Shown here: piece after piece, positions 37,896 through 48,157 of the stretch | Layout: every line of letters begins with the position of its first letter | Position numbering within the stretch: position 1 is the stretch's first letter | Assembly (NCBI GenBank): GCA_937899865.1 | Contig: CALBRH010000044.1 | Span: forward strand, 4,691-68,690 | Direction: 5' to 3' | DNA length: 64,000 bases | Source of the DNA: an uncultured euryarchaeote | Lineage (GTDB): Archaea; Thermoplasmatota; Poseidoniia; Poseidoniales; Poseidoniaceae | Program-made: the position numbers and the translations under genes | The notes under the pieces: model-generated | The model's input: only the letters and a program-made list of their open reading frames with translations | Told to the model about the DNA's origin: nothing | Database searches by the model: none

Positions 37896-38562
37896 GTATA
37901 CTTTGTACACGCTCGTTATTATTGCTTGCGTTATTTGGCGTACAAATTTCATCCCAATTCAAAATTCTATCTGAAATGATTGATGCTTCTTCAATATCAT
38001 GTGAAACGTGTATTGCTGCCACACCTTTTGCCTTCAGTATTTCTTTGACATCATTTGCTAATTTTCTTCGTGAATCTAAATCAAGAGATGAGAATGGTTC
38101 ATCCAATAACAATAACATGGGTTCTGCTAACAATGCTCTTGCTAATACAACTCTTTGCGCTTCTCCTCCTGATAAAGTGGTGACTTTCCGTTCTGCATAG
38201 CCTGATAAATTAACTAATTCAAGAGAACTTTCAATGGTTGTTATTTTCTCTTGCTTTGACAACTTCTTATTTACTCCAAGGAGAATATTTTTTCCAACAT
38301 TCAAATGGGGGTAAAGTACCGGCTTTTGGAAAATGAATCCAATATTATCAGTACTTTTTTCATCGAATATGATCTCACCATCATGTGTGCTTTCAAGACC
38401 AGAAATCATACGCAATAGAGTGGTTTTTCCACATCCGCTTGAGCCAAATATTGACACAATTTCTCCCTTTGAAATTGATAATTCTAAGTTAGAAAAGATT
38501 GTCTTATCTCCAAAAACCTTCTTTCCAATTTCAATCTTCACAATAACTTCATCATTCATCAA
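37888..38562 (-). CDS. thiQ: ABC transporter ATP-binding protein, thiamine/iron(III)-type importer
   Basis: Walker A GSSGCGKTT, signature LSGGEAQR, Walker B LLLLDEPFSSLD. Last gene of the thiR-SBP-permease-ATPase string. Confidence 0.6.
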   Translation of the reverse strand: MMNDEVIVKIEIGKKVFGDKTIFSNLELSISKGEIVSIFGSSGCGKTTLLRMISGLESTHDGEIIFDEKSTDNIGFIFQKPVLYPHLNVGKNILLGVNKKLSKQEKITTIESSLELVNLSGYAERKVTTLSGGEAQRVVLARALLAEPMLLLLDEPFSSLDLDSRRKLANDVKEILKAKGVAAIHVSHDIEEASIISDRILNWDEICTPNNASNNNERVQSIHE

Positions 38563-40265
38563 AAACCACTTCCTTCCTCACTATGGCGAAATCTTTCAGC
38601 AATCAAAAACAGGATAAATGTCAGTACCATTAGGGTAGTTGCTGCTGCCATAGCCATTGGTTGAATCAATGGGTCAAACTTAGGTTGCCCCATTAGTTGG
38701 TCAACCAATACCGATAAACTATCCCATGAACCAGACCTAATCAATATCCATGAGGCTCCAAACTCACCGAGTGAAAATGCCATAGTTAAAGCAGCAGAAA
38801 CTACTATTGGAGCCCTAAGCAATGCGATTCTAGCATGCCACCATGCTTTAATTGGTGAAAGTCCGAGTAGTTGCGCTTGTTCATGATACTCTGGTTCTAG
38901 AGACCGTATAGCAGGCAATAAAATTCTAATCACAAACGGAGTTGTAATGATTATATGAGGTATAGCAGGGATGAGAATCCAAGAAAACAATGAAGGTGCC
39001 CATTTTAGTAAACCAATTAGAATTCCAAGTCCGATCATTACAGCAGATAATGCAAGAGGAACCATTGTTAAGAATTCAACTATCTTTGCAATATTGTGAT
39101 TATTTTCTTTCTCCAAACGTGCAATACAGGATGAAATGATGTAGCCAACAGGGAGCGCAACTGCAAGTGTGATTAGACAGTATATTAGCGAATTGTAAAG
39201 GGCATCAGGTATTGCAGTTGACGAATAATTTCCTTGCCATGCTTCTTGCCATGCGATAGTTGAAAAATAATATCCCTGGTCAGTAGCATCTCTAATTCTT
39301 AGCGATGAAATTCCAACAAGCAACAATGGTAGTAAAGCATAGATTACTGCAGAAGTTATCGTTATCTTTGCCATATTAGAGGGGTTAGGTTTGCTAACTG
39401 CAAGAGAATTTTCAGTAATTATTGAATGCATAATGGAGTGTTTCTTCTGTATTCTGGCAGTAATAATAATCGCTAATGAAAGAATGATTAGTTGAACGAT
39501 TGAAGTGGCAAGGACAATCTCACTTGTATCAATTCTGTAGCCATAAATCCCTGCAGAACCTCCCGATTTTGCCATCAAGGTTTCAAGATTATCTTGATTA
39601 GGAGTTAGCCACTTGATTAGGGCAAATGAACTAAATGAGAATATGAAACATAAGCATGCAGCACACATAGCAGCAGGCCATAGGATTGGCAGCCACAAAT
39701 TTTTGAAACGTCTAAATGCTGTTTTACCAGCTGGTAAAAACCTCATTTGCTCTTCCCATGAATTATTCATCGTCGACAAGGTTGGTTCGATAAATCGCAT
39801 TACAAGGGAGAGATTAAACCAGACATGAGCAGCAATTAAAGCAATAAAATGACCAGGATTAATCCAGCCAGTATGATGTGCAATATCGCCAATAATGCCA
39901 GTTTCCAATCGTAAATCAATACCAATTGTGTCTAATATTCCACCTGGATCAATCAGCATCAAAAAGCCCATTGCCACTACAATTGAAGGTGTGACAAAAG
40001 GTACTGATAGTAAGGCTCTAATGACTCTAATGTTTTTCCAACGATATTTACCCAAATACCATGCTACTGGTAAGCCAATTAGTAACGTGAAGACAGTTGA
40101 GATGGTTGCTTCTAAGAGCGTAAATTTCAACGCTCGTAGTGTATCGTCATCAGAAAAGAAGTTGCTCAATGCTTGAACAATAGTCAAATCAGTAACTGAG
40201 GTTAGCCGATGAATTGCATAAATTAGTGGAACGATTGTCAGTAAACAAAAACCAATTATCGTCAT
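38559..40265 (-). CDS. thiP: fused two-domain ABC importer permease (ThiP/FbpB-like)
   Basis: 568 aa with two repeats of a binding-protein-dependent transport TM domain. ATGA overlap with the ATPase gene. Confidence 0.6.
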   Translation of the reverse strand: MTIIGFCLLTIVPLIYAIHRLTSVTDLTIVQALSNFFSDDDTLRALKFTLLEATISTVFTLLIGLPVAWYLGKYRWKNIRVIRALLSVPFVTPSIVVAMGFLMLIDPGGILDTIGIDLRLETGIIGDIAHHTGWINPGHFIALIAAHVWFNLSLVMRFIEPTLSTMNNSWEEQMRFLPAGKTAFRRFKNLWLPILWPAAMCAACLCFIFSFSSFALIKWLTPNQDNLETLMAKSGGSAGIYGYRIDTSEIVLATSIVQLIILSLAIIITARIQKKHSIMHSIITENSLAVSKPNPSNMAKITITSAVIYALLPLLLVGISSLRIRDATDQGYYFSTIAWQEAWQGNYSSTAIPDALYNSLIYCLITLAVALPVGYIISSCIARLEKENNHNIAKIVEFLTMVPLALSAVMIGLGILIGLLKWAPSLFSWILIPAIPHIIITTPFVIRILLPAIRSLEPEYHEQAQLLGLSPIKAWWHARIALLRAPIVVSAALTMAFSLGEFGASWILIRSGSWDSLSVLVDQLMGQPKFDPLIQPMAMAAATTLMVLTFILFLIAERFRHSEEGSGF

Positions 40266-40321
40266 CCATTGAATAGGAATGACCCACTTAGGGTGCTGAT
40301 TTTTACTCAGCAGAAATCACC

Positions 40322-41422
40322 TCAATCTGTTGCAGTTTGCCAATCATCTAACCATGACGACATTTCCTGGTTTATTCTAGAAATTTCGATATCACTATTT
40401 TCCTCAGGAATATCTGAATGATATCTGTAGCCATCAGTTTCTGGTAATGATTGATTGTTCAAAACAGAATACATTAGGTTATTTTCTGGCATGTTAGAGT
40501 TAACCTCCGGGCTCAATAAGTAATCAATAAATGCTTCAGCAGCATCAATATCGTTAGCACCGTTAATTATGCCAGTATACTCTATTTGTTGGAATGTAGT
40601 TTTTGGAATTGTGATAGATGTGGAATGAGTATAATTTCCAGCATAGAATGCTTCAACACCTGGTGATTGACAGTATGATACCGTTAAGTGAGCATCCCCG
40701 ATATAACCACTTGTGTATTCTCCATAGCCTCCAGTGTAATGAGTTTCATAAGATTCAGTCCAGCCTGAAGTAAATATTGCATCATTTTCTTTGATGGCTT
40801 TCCACCAGTCAAAAGCATCAGTTTCTACATCATCATCATTTTCAAAATAATCGATAGTAGCTACAAGGAAAGCTCGTCCAGGAGAGGATGTGATCGGTGA
40901 GGGGAATGTCATTTTTCCACGCCATTCTTCCAAGGTTAAATCCCAAAGCGAAGTAGGGATTGAGATATTTTCTCCATCAACAAATCTCTCATCATAATTT
41001 AGGCAGACAGGACCCATATCAAATGGAATGGCAAATGGTCCACTGTAAGATTCCAAGGCTTGTGGTGAAATATTGTTGTAATTCGGATTAGTTTTGAATG
41101 AAGTTTCAGTAAGTAGATTATTTTCCAGCGCAGTTTGCAGATAGGTATTGTCAAGTCCAATCATTAAATCTGCTTGTGGACTATCTTTAGTCAGCATCAT
41201 TTTGTCTAGGATTCCTCCAGAATCATCTTCCTTGATGAAATTTACACAATATCCAGTTGTTTCAGTAAACTCATCCACCATCTGTTCGCTAAGTGCTAAA
41301 ATGTCGTATGTTAGTACGTCTAAAGTACCCTTTTCACATTCACCATTATCATCATTTTGTAAACAACCAGTGAGGCCAAAGCAAGTAACAATTAGGGTGC
41401 AAAAGAGGACCCTAAACTGCAT
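40322..41422 (-). CDS. thiB: substrate-binding lipoprotein, thiamine-binding (TbpA/ThiB)-like
   Basis: Signal peptide with lipobox LTGC. ADLMIGLDNTYL block resembling TbpA. Operon context with the ThiN-domain regulator. Confidence 0.55.
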   Translation of the reverse strand: MQFRVLFCTLIVTCFGLTGCLQNDDNGECEKGTLDVLTYDILALSEQMVDEFTETTGYCVNFIKEDDSGGILDKMMLTKDSPQADLMIGLDNTYLQTALENNLLTETSFKTNPNYNNISPQALESYSGPFAIPFDMGPVCLNYDERFVDGENISIPTSLWDLTLEEWRGKMTFPSPITSSPGRAFLVATIDYFENDDDVETDAFDWWKAIKENDAIFTSGWTESYETHYTGGYGEYTSGYIGDAHLTVSYCQSPGVEAFYAGNYTHSTSITIPKTTFQQIEYTGIINGANDIDAAEAFIDYLLSPEVNSNMPENNLMYSVLNNQSLPETDGYRYHSDIPEENSDIEISRINQEMSSWLDDWQTATD

Positions 41423-42284
41423 TAATTACATCCCCTATATGGCCAGCAATCAAGTGAGTTCGATCTATTAGTTCAAGTGGGTTATGAGCTAAAATATACA
41501 AACTTGGTTCCCATCCATAACCGCCCTCATCCAAAATAATGTCCAGTTTGGAATAAGAGCCTACTAATTTTCCTTTCTTGCATGTTGCAAAAGAATATCC
41601 TAATTGATCACAAATCTCCTTTATTCTTTCAATATCCACTTTATCATCATCAATAACTGGCTTCAAATTAATAATCGAAGTTTTTGCCTCATTCATTGTG
41701 TGTGCTTGTATCAATATTGAAGCAAGATGTTTCGAAACACCAAAGGCCGGAGTTTCATGATGGCGAAGTTTGCCGTTTACTATCGCAATACGGCCAGGAA
41801 ATGCTGCGACCTCCTCACTACTTCTCGCACCTTTGATGCAAGAAGCAATATTCATACCTACTGCTGGTAAAATATGCTGTATTCGTTTAACATCTAATCT
41901 TCCTATCGCCCATTCCAGCCTTCTTAGTAGCGCCCTTTCCAATTGACTACTATCCAAATCAAGCCCGGTAAGAGTTTTATCAAATCGAAGAGTTTGTTGG
42001 CCAGAAAATTGTAATTCAACAATCAATCGCTGCCTTAGCACGTTAGCTTCGGGGCCAATTGATGATAATGCTTGGGAAAGTTCACTCGCCCAAGAGTCAA
42101 CCATTGCCTCATCTGCTGAAGCAGTAAGGCCGATAGTAGGTTTCTGGATGTGGCGGGATATTGTGCTTTGAGTGGAACCAAGAACTGCCGCAATTTCTGT
42201 TTGAGACCATCCTTTGCCACGTAAATCCTTAGCAACATGTTGGTGCAATCTGTCAAGCCACTTTCCGCCTACTTCTCCTAGCAT
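41412..42284 (-). CDS. thiR: ThiR-type transcriptional regulator (HTH fused to ThiN-like domain)
   Basis: HTH GWSQTEIAAVLGSTQSTISRHI. ThiN-like block LPAVGMNIASCIKGARSSEEVAAFPGRIAIVNGKL. Overlaps the SBP gene by 11 nt. Confidence 0.65.
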   Translation of the reverse strand: MLGEVGGKWLDRLHQHVAKDLRGKGWSQTEIAAVLGSTQSTISRHIQKPTIGLTASADEAMVDSWASELSQALSSIGPEANVLRQRLIVELQFSGQQTLRFDKTLTGLDLDSSQLERALLRRLEWAIGRLDVKRIQHILPAVGMNIASCIKGARSSEEVAAFPGRIAIVNGKLRHHETPAFGVSKHLASILIQAHTMNEAKTSIINLKPVIDDDKVDIERIKEICDQLGYSFATCKKGKLVGSYSKLDIILDEGGYGWEPSLYILAHNPLELIDRTHLIAGHIGDVINAV

Positions 42285-42364
42285 TAACTGGTTGTCTTAT
42301 CATCTTATTATTCAACATTACTCATCAATTATGCATATTGCATTGAATTTATTGCCACATTTAG

Positions 42365-42389
42365 CCGGTGAAATACTTATTTTCACTGG
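42365..42389 (+). promoter_or_regulatory. inverted repeat / RNA hairpin CCGGTGAAA-TACTTAT-TTTCACTGG in the 326-bp thiR / decarboxylase divergent region
   Basis: Read directly. 9-bp stem (one G-U pair if read as plus-strand RNA) with a 7-nt loop. No following T-run. Confidence 0.3.
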
Positions 42390-42610
42390 AAATAAATTAT
42401 TTGATAGCTAATAATTACTAAATCTCTTAAAATTCCGCAGATCTTCTAAATTACTCTAAATATTGACATTTAAAATTGTTAAATGACTTTCAATACGGTG
42501 AATGCATATTGGGTAATAATCTAATTATTATGGGTAAGAATGTGATTTGTCAGTTTTAAGTGTATTTTCAACCGCATATTTCAAGGGATTAGCGCGCAGG
42601 GTATGGTGTG

Positions 42611-44035
42611 ATGCGAGGTACAGAATTGACTCAGTTCCTCGACGGACTGATAGAAAGAATAGATTCATACATTCAATCTTCTGATGAACCTGACCAAAAA
42701 ACAGTAGATTTCCTAAACGCAGAATCAAGGCGCAAAGTTACTGATTTATCATTGCCTTTAGAAGGAAATGGCTCTCAATCAATTTTAGACGACATAGATA
42801 GTTTTCTTAGACAATGCGTCAAAACAAATCGTCCAGAATTTATGAATCCTCTATGGGGTGGCTTGAATATTGCTGGTTTTGCAGGAGAAGTCATTTCAGC
42901 ACTTACCAATCAATCGATGTATACTTATGAGCTGTCACCCATTGCTACACTTATTGAAAAAGCGATAATTGAGAGGATGATGGAAATTGTAGGTTATGGG
43001 GATGGTTTTGGCACTCTTACAACCGGAGGTTCGAATGGCAATATGCTTGGTATGTTGTGTGCCCGACAATCGATCAATCCATTGTCATCCTTAGATGGAT
43101 TTGATGGCTCAAAACATGTTGCATTTGTTTCTGCAGAGGCTCACTACTCTACTTTAATGTCGGCTAATGTAATTGGTATTGGGCATCAAAATTTGGTTAA
43201 AGTTTCATGTGATTCACGTGGTAGAATGAAGCCACAATCACTTTTGGAAGAGATCAACCGTGTAATTGGATCTGATAGAATTCCATTTTGTATTATTGCA
43301 ACTTCAGGCACTACTGTTCGTGGTTCATTTGATCCTATAAGAGAACTAGCAACCATTGCCCATGACAACAATATTTGGCTCCATGTTGATGCTGCTTGGG
43401 GTGGTAGTTGTTTGTTTTCAAAACGTCATCGCTATTTGATGGATGGTATAGAATTAGCTGATAGTGTCTGTTGGGATGCTCATAAAATGATGGGTCTTCC
43501 ATTGATTTGTAGTGTTTTTTTGACAAAGCACAAGAGCATTTTACGTGCAGTATGTGCACATGGTGATGCTGCACATTATTTGTTCCATGAGGATAGTAAG
43601 GATGTCGATTTAGGCCGCTATTCGCTACAGTGTGGACGTAGAAACGATTCACTGAAACTTTGGATTGCTTGGCGAGAAATTGGCGACGCAGGATGGGCAA
43701 GAATGGTTGAGAAATACTGTGAATTATCCGATTATCTTGAAAATTTAGTCATTGAAAATGAACATCTATCTATGATGTCTGAAAGAAAATGGTCTAATAT
43801 TTGCTTCAGATTTGAAGCGGATGGATATGATTTGAATGAATTGAATACTGAAATTAGAAATCGTATGATGCGTGAAGGTATTCATTTGGTAAGTCGTTCT
43901 AATATCGGAGATGACATAGTTATTAGAGCAGTAGTAGCTAATCCTTTGATTGATGAAGAAGTACTACGTTCTTTAATCGCGTCTGTAGAGAGGCATGGTA
44001 AAGAGATAATCAATCAAATTCCTTCAGAGTTCTAG
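42611..44035 (+). CDS. PLP-dependent group II decarboxylase (GAD/CSAD/aspartate-1-decarboxylase-like)
   Basis: TTGGSNGNMLGM, LHVDAAWGG, WDAHKMMGLPLICS (PLP Lys motif resembling the HKMMG of the GAD/CSAD family). Confidence 0.75.
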   Translation: MRGTELTQFLDGLIERIDSYIQSSDEPDQKTVDFLNAESRRKVTDLSLPLEGNGSQSILDDIDSFLRQCVKTNRPEFMNPLWGGLNIAGFAGEVISALTNQSMYTYELSPIATLIEKAIIERMMEIVGYGDGFGTLTTGGSNGNMLGMLCARQSINPLSSLDGFDGSKHVAFVSAEAHYSTLMSANVIGIGHQNLVKVSCDSRGRMKPQSLLEEINRVIGSDRIPFCIIATSGTTVRGSFDPIRELATIAHDNNIWLHVDAAWGGSCLFSKRHRYLMDGIELADSVCWDAHKMMGLPLICSVFLTKHKSILRAVCAHGDAAHYLFHEDSKDVDLGRYSLQCGRRNDSLKLWIAWREIGDAGWARMVEKYCELSDYLENLVIENEHLSMMSERKWSNICFRFEADGYDLNELNTEIRNRMMREGIHLVSRSNIGDDIVIRAVVANPLIDEEVLRSLIASVERHGKEIINQIPSEF

Positions 44036-44074
44036 TTCCCAGTTGTTTAAGGAGCGCCGAGTTTTGGCAGAATT

Positions 44075-45187
44075 ATGTCGAGTGGTGAACTAGTTCGAAC
44101 AGCGTTGTATGAAGAGCATGTTGCATTAGACGCAAACATTGTTGATTTTCATGGCTTTGAATTACCAATTTGGTATTCAAATATTAAGGAAGAACACTTA
44201 GCAACAAGATCAGGTGCTGGATTATTTGATGTTAGCCACATGGGTACATTTCGGTTTAGTGGCACTAATGTAAAGCAATGGCTTGAAAGTGTAGCAACTC
44301 AAAAAGTAACAGGAATTACTGAAGGGCGTTGTGCATATACACACTTTCTTGATGATGATGGTTATATTATTGATGATATGATTTTTGCAGTTGTATCAGA
44401 TGAAGAAATCCTTGGGGTTCCAAATGCTTCTATGATTGATGTCATGTGGGATTGGTTTAATCAAAGTTTACCTGAAGATGGCTCTGTTAAAATTGAGAAC
44501 CTCTCTCCAAGCACTTCGATAGTTGCTCTTCAAGGCCCAAAGTCAAAAGAAATAGTAAGTCAAGTCCTTGGTCCTGATAATCATGTTGGCCGCTTTAAGT
44601 GGCAAACAATTGGCGATAACAATTTGGATATTTCTGGTTGGATTCAAGGTACGGGATATACTGGAGAATCAGGTTATGAAATTTTTATTCCGAATAATGA
44701 TGCTGCAAAATTATGGCGTAATTTGATTTCTGCTGGAGCAACTCCTGTTGGTCTTGGTGCTAGGGATACTTTACGTCTTGAGAAAGGATATTTGTTAAGT
44801 GGAGTAGATTTTTGTTGGCCACAGCTTCCAGATTCAAGTGACTTTCTTGCTCGAGACTCTTGGGAGACTAATGTACCATTTGGCTTAGATTTGGAACATG
44901 ACTTCATTGGCAAAACTAGAGTTATTTCGCACTTGGATACCGATGCAAGATGGTGGGGAGTGAAATATACCGAAAAAGGCCCATTACCGAGGCCTGGTAA
45001 AGAAGTTTCAGATGTTGATGGTAATATTATCGGTAGATTATCTTCTGGCGCTCCATCTCCAAGTTTAGGAAATCTTGGCATTGGCATAGGATATATTTCT
45101 GGAGTAATAGAAGGCGATGAGGTATTGGTTGTTGCAAGCCCTAGAAAATCTGTAAAAGCAATAATTGTAAGGCCGCCATTTGTCTAA
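44075..45187 (+). CDS. gcvT: glycine cleavage system aminomethyltransferase (T protein)
   Basis: TALYEEHV, GLFDVSHMG, GYTGESGYEIF, GLGARDTLRLE. Confidence 0.9.
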   Translation: MSSGELVRTALYEEHVALDANIVDFHGFELPIWYSNIKEEHLATRSGAGLFDVSHMGTFRFSGTNVKQWLESVATQKVTGITEGRCAYTHFLDDDGYIIDDMIFAVVSDEEILGVPNASMIDVMWDWFNQSLPEDGSVKIENLSPSTSIVALQGPKSKEIVSQVLGPDNHVGRFKWQTIGDNNLDISGWIQGTGYTGESGYEIFIPNNDAAKLWRNLISAGATPVGLGARDTLRLEKGYLLSGVDFCWPQLPDSSDFLARDSWETNVPFGLDLEHDFIGKTRVISHLDTDARWWGVKYTEKGPLPRPGKEVSDVDGNIIGRLSSGAPSPSLGNLGIGIGYISGVIEGDEVLVVASPRKSVKAIIVRPPFV

Positions 45188-45276
45188 TTTTGAGCAAGTA
45201 AATTGTTCAAGTAAAAACATGAATATTATGGGCGTTACGCGCACGGGTTTAAATTAGCCGTAAGAGGAGAGTAAGC

Positions 45277-46653
45277 ATGGTCGACCAACTGCCCAATAGA
45301 GGACTAGAATTAGAGATGCTGCAGGAGATGGGTTTTTCATCGATTGATGATTTATTTAGCGACCTTCCCGAACATGTAAGAATGAATGAACCCCTACCAC
45401 TTCCACCACCACAATCCGAGGAGGAAATTATTGCCGATGCTAAGAGATTGCTTGGTGCAAATCGTGCAATGGGCGATGTTGTTTCATTCATTGGTGCTGG
45501 AATATATCGAAATTATGTTCCTTCTTCAGTATTTCAACTCGTGACTAGAGGTGAATTCCTCACCTCATATACGCCTTATCAACCTGAGGTGAGTCAAGGT
45601 ATGCTTCAAGCAATGTGGGAATTTCAAACTTTGATTTCTGAACTTGTAGGGCTACCAATTGCAAATTTATCACTCTATGATGGATCTACTGCTGCAGCAG
45701 AAGCATTGACTTGTGCTGTCCGAGTTCACAACCGTAAAGCGACACAAAAAGATACGGTATATGTTTCTGAATTAGTGCCGCCAGACCGTATGTCTGTAAT
45801 GTACAATTACTGTCAAGGGGCTGGAATTACTCTTAAAATTTTGAAGCACAATGCTGATGGAACTTTGGATTTGGCAGCGGTTCAAGGTGCTGAAGGTTCA
45901 TGTGGAGTCTATGTTGAACAGCCAAACCCACTTGGGATTCTAGATGGTGGTTTGACACAAATCAAAGAAATAATTGGTCAAAATACTGCACTTGTAGTTG
46001 GTATACAACCAGTTTCACTTGGTCTTGTTGAAGCTCCAGGAAATTATGGGGCAGACATAGTTGTTGGTGAAGGACAACCATTGGGTAGCCCTCCTACTGG
46101 AGGTGGACCTATCTATGGAATTTTTGCGTGTAGTACTCCCTATCTTAGATTAATGCCGGGTAGAATTGTTGGAAGGAGTATCGACGTTGATGGTAAAGAA
46201 GCATATTGTCTGACATTATCAACTCGAGAACAACACATTAGAAGACATAGAGCAACATCTAATATTTGCACTAATGAAACTTTAATCGCGCTCATGGGTG
46301 CAATGCATATGTCACTTCTTGGTCCTGAAGGTCTAGAACACTTAGCGACAAGAAACATGGCTGCATGTGTTATTGCTAAGCAAAAGTTGTCCGAAATTTC
46401 TGGCATTTCATTACCTCATATTGCTTCGTCACACTTCAATGAATTTGTTGTAGAGTTGCCTAAGAGTGCGGCAGATTGTTTGAACTATCTTGATAGTGTT
46501 GGGATAATTGGTGGTTTTGATCTTTCAAGATGGTATCCAAATCATAGTAATTGGCTATTGGTATCAGTAACAGACCAAACCAAAGCGGCAGAAATCGAAT
46601 TGCTTGCTGCTCACATAGCGGTATGGTCAACACTTAAGGAGGCGGTAATGTGA
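45277..46653 (+). CDS. gcvPA: glycine dehydrogenase (decarboxylating) subunit 1
   Basis: SYTPYQPEVSQGMLQAMWEFQT, REQHIRRHRATSNICTNE. Confidence 0.9.
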   Translation: MVDQLPNRGLELEMLQEMGFSSIDDLFSDLPEHVRMNEPLPLPPPQSEEEIIADAKRLLGANRAMGDVVSFIGAGIYRNYVPSSVFQLVTRGEFLTSYTPYQPEVSQGMLQAMWEFQTLISELVGLPIANLSLYDGSTAAAEALTCAVRVHNRKATQKDTVYVSELVPPDRMSVMYNYCQGAGITLKILKHNADGTLDLAAVQGAEGSCGVYVEQPNPLGILDGGLTQIKEIIGQNTALVVGIQPVSLGLVEAPGNYGADIVVGEGQPLGSPPTGGGPIYGIFACSTPYLRLMPGRIVGRSIDVDGKEAYCLTLSTREQHIRRHRATSNICTNETLIALMGAMHMSLLGPEGLEHLATRNMAACVIAKQKLSEISGISLPHIASSHFNEFVVELPKSAADCLNYLDSVGIIGGFDLSRWYPNHSNWLLVSVTDQTKAAEIELLAAHIAVWSTLKEAVM

Positions 46654-48149
46654 GCCGTTTGTTTGATTTTGCTGGCGGCACAGGGATGGGTTATTCTCAG
46701 CCAGAACCATTACTTCCTAAGACAAGTATTGCTTTGCCACCCTCGCTTTCAAGAAAAGAATTACCAAGATGGCCACGATTATCTGAACCAGAAATGGTTA
46801 GGCACTACACTTGGCTTTCAAGGAGAAATTTTGGTATTGATACGGGATTCTATCCACTTGGTTCGTGTACTATGAAACACAATCCTAGAGTGAATGAAGT
46901 AATAGCTCAGTTGCCTGGTATTGCCGATATACACCCACACCAACCAGAACATCACCTACAAGGTCTGTTATCGATTTTCCATGAGATGCAACATATGCTT
47001 GCTGTTTGCTCCGGTATGGATGCGGTTACCCTTCAGCCAGTTGCTGGCGCTCAAGGGGAATTTACTGCAGTACGTTGTGTTCAAGAATACTTCCGTAGTA
47101 GAGGAGAGACACAGAGAACCAAGGTGATTGTTCCAGATTCAGCTCATGGTACTAATCCTGCAAGTGCGGCAATGGCAGGATACGATATTATTGAAATTCC
47201 GAGTTTAGCAAATGGCCGTATTGATCTGGATGCTTTGAAAGCAGTAATTGATGATACTGTTGCACTGATGATGATTACCAATCCGAACACTCTTGGATTA
47301 TTTGAAACCGATATTCCAGAGGCTGCTGAAATAGTTCATGCTGCTGGTGGACAAATGTACTATGATGGTGCTAACTTTAATGCAATCTTAGGTCGTACAT
47401 CACCCGGTTTGATGGGCTTTGATGCAGTTCATTTTAATCTGCATAAGACCTTCAGTCAACCTCATGGAGGTGGTGGTCCAGGTTCAGGTCCTATAGGAGT
47501 AAAGTCTCATTTGGCTGAGTTCTTACCAAGTCCGATTGTTAAGAAACGCCCGATTTCATCAGGGGAAGAGCAATTTGCAGTAGATGATATGTGGTATTCA
47601 TGGTATGTTCCTCGTAACACAATAGGTAAGGTACAACAATGGCACGGTAATGCAGGCGCAGTAGTTAGATGCTGGGCATATTACCGAAGGTATGGATACG
47701 GCTTGAAAGATATGTCCGAACATGCTGTTCTCAATGCTAATTATTTGCGCCATGCATTACACAGGGAAGCAGAATTAGCTGGTGTATCTCACATGTTTGT
47801 TGACGGAGCAGATGCCAAGGTAGCAAAGCACGAATTCACACTATCGCTACAACCGGCTAAGGAATCGGTTGGTGTCTCTGCAATGGATGTTGCAAAGGGA
47901 TTACTTGACATGGGTTACATGGCACCAACCGTCTACTTCCCATTAGTTGTTCCTGAGTGCATGATGTTTGAACCAACTGAAACTGAAAGTCGAGATACAT
48001 TAGACAAGTTTGCCAAAGACTTTGTTAAAGTTTTACAAATCGATGCTGAGACTTTACACGAAGCACCAATTACTACACCAGTTCGTAGAGTAGATGAAGT
48101 ATATGCTGCACGAAATTTGTGCTTGAAACATCCGTTTGATGAAGAGTAG
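46650..48149 (+). CDS. gcvPB: glycine dehydrogenase (decarboxylating) subunit 2
   Basis: YPLGSCTMKHNP, PDSAHGTNPASA, HFNLHKTFSQPHGGGGPG (PLP Lys). 4-nt overlap with gcvPA. Confidence 0.9.
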   Translation: MSRLFDFAGGTGMGYSQPEPLLPKTSIALPPSLSRKELPRWPRLSEPEMVRHYTWLSRRNFGIDTGFYPLGSCTMKHNPRVNEVIAQLPGIADIHPHQPEHHLQGLLSIFHEMQHMLAVCSGMDAVTLQPVAGAQGEFTAVRCVQEYFRSRGETQRTKVIVPDSAHGTNPASAAMAGYDIIEIPSLANGRIDLDALKAVIDDTVALMMITNPNTLGLFETDIPEAAEIVHAAGGQMYYDGANFNAILGRTSPGLMGFDAVHFNLHKTFSQPHGGGGPGSGPIGVKSHLAEFLPSPIVKKRPISSGEEQFAVDDMWYSWYVPRNTIGKVQQWHGNAGAVVRCWAYYRRYGYGLKDMSEHAVLNANYLRHALHREAELAGVSHMFVDGADAKVAKHEFTLSLQPAKESVGVSAMDVAKGLLDMGYMAPTVYFPLVVPECMMFEPTETESRDTLDKFAKDFVKVLQIDAETLHEAPITTPVRRVDEVYAARNLCLKHPFDEE

Positions 48150-48157
48150 TGATTTTT

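Noticed and set aside
42285-42610. TPP riboswitch in the long leader region of the thiamine transporter operon
   Set aside because: I found no CUGAGA or ACCUGAUCUGGAUAAUGCCAGC-like core on either strand. A protein regulator (ThiN-domain HTH) is encoded instead.
42285-42610. Replication origin (AT-rich, repeats, longest intergenic region)
   Set aside because: No adjacent orc1/cdc6 gene. Repeats are short (10 nt) and only duplicated, unlike multi-copy ORB elements. The region is explained by two divergent promoters.
45188-45276. Possible glycine riboswitch upstream of gcvPA (contains GGAGAG)
   Set aside because: Only 89 nt, too short for the tandem or single aptamer. The GGAGAG sits 6-8 nt before the ATG and is better explained as a Shine-Dalgarno-like site. 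No conserved ACCG/CUCUGG-type elements were seen, and glycine riboswitches are not expected in archaea.
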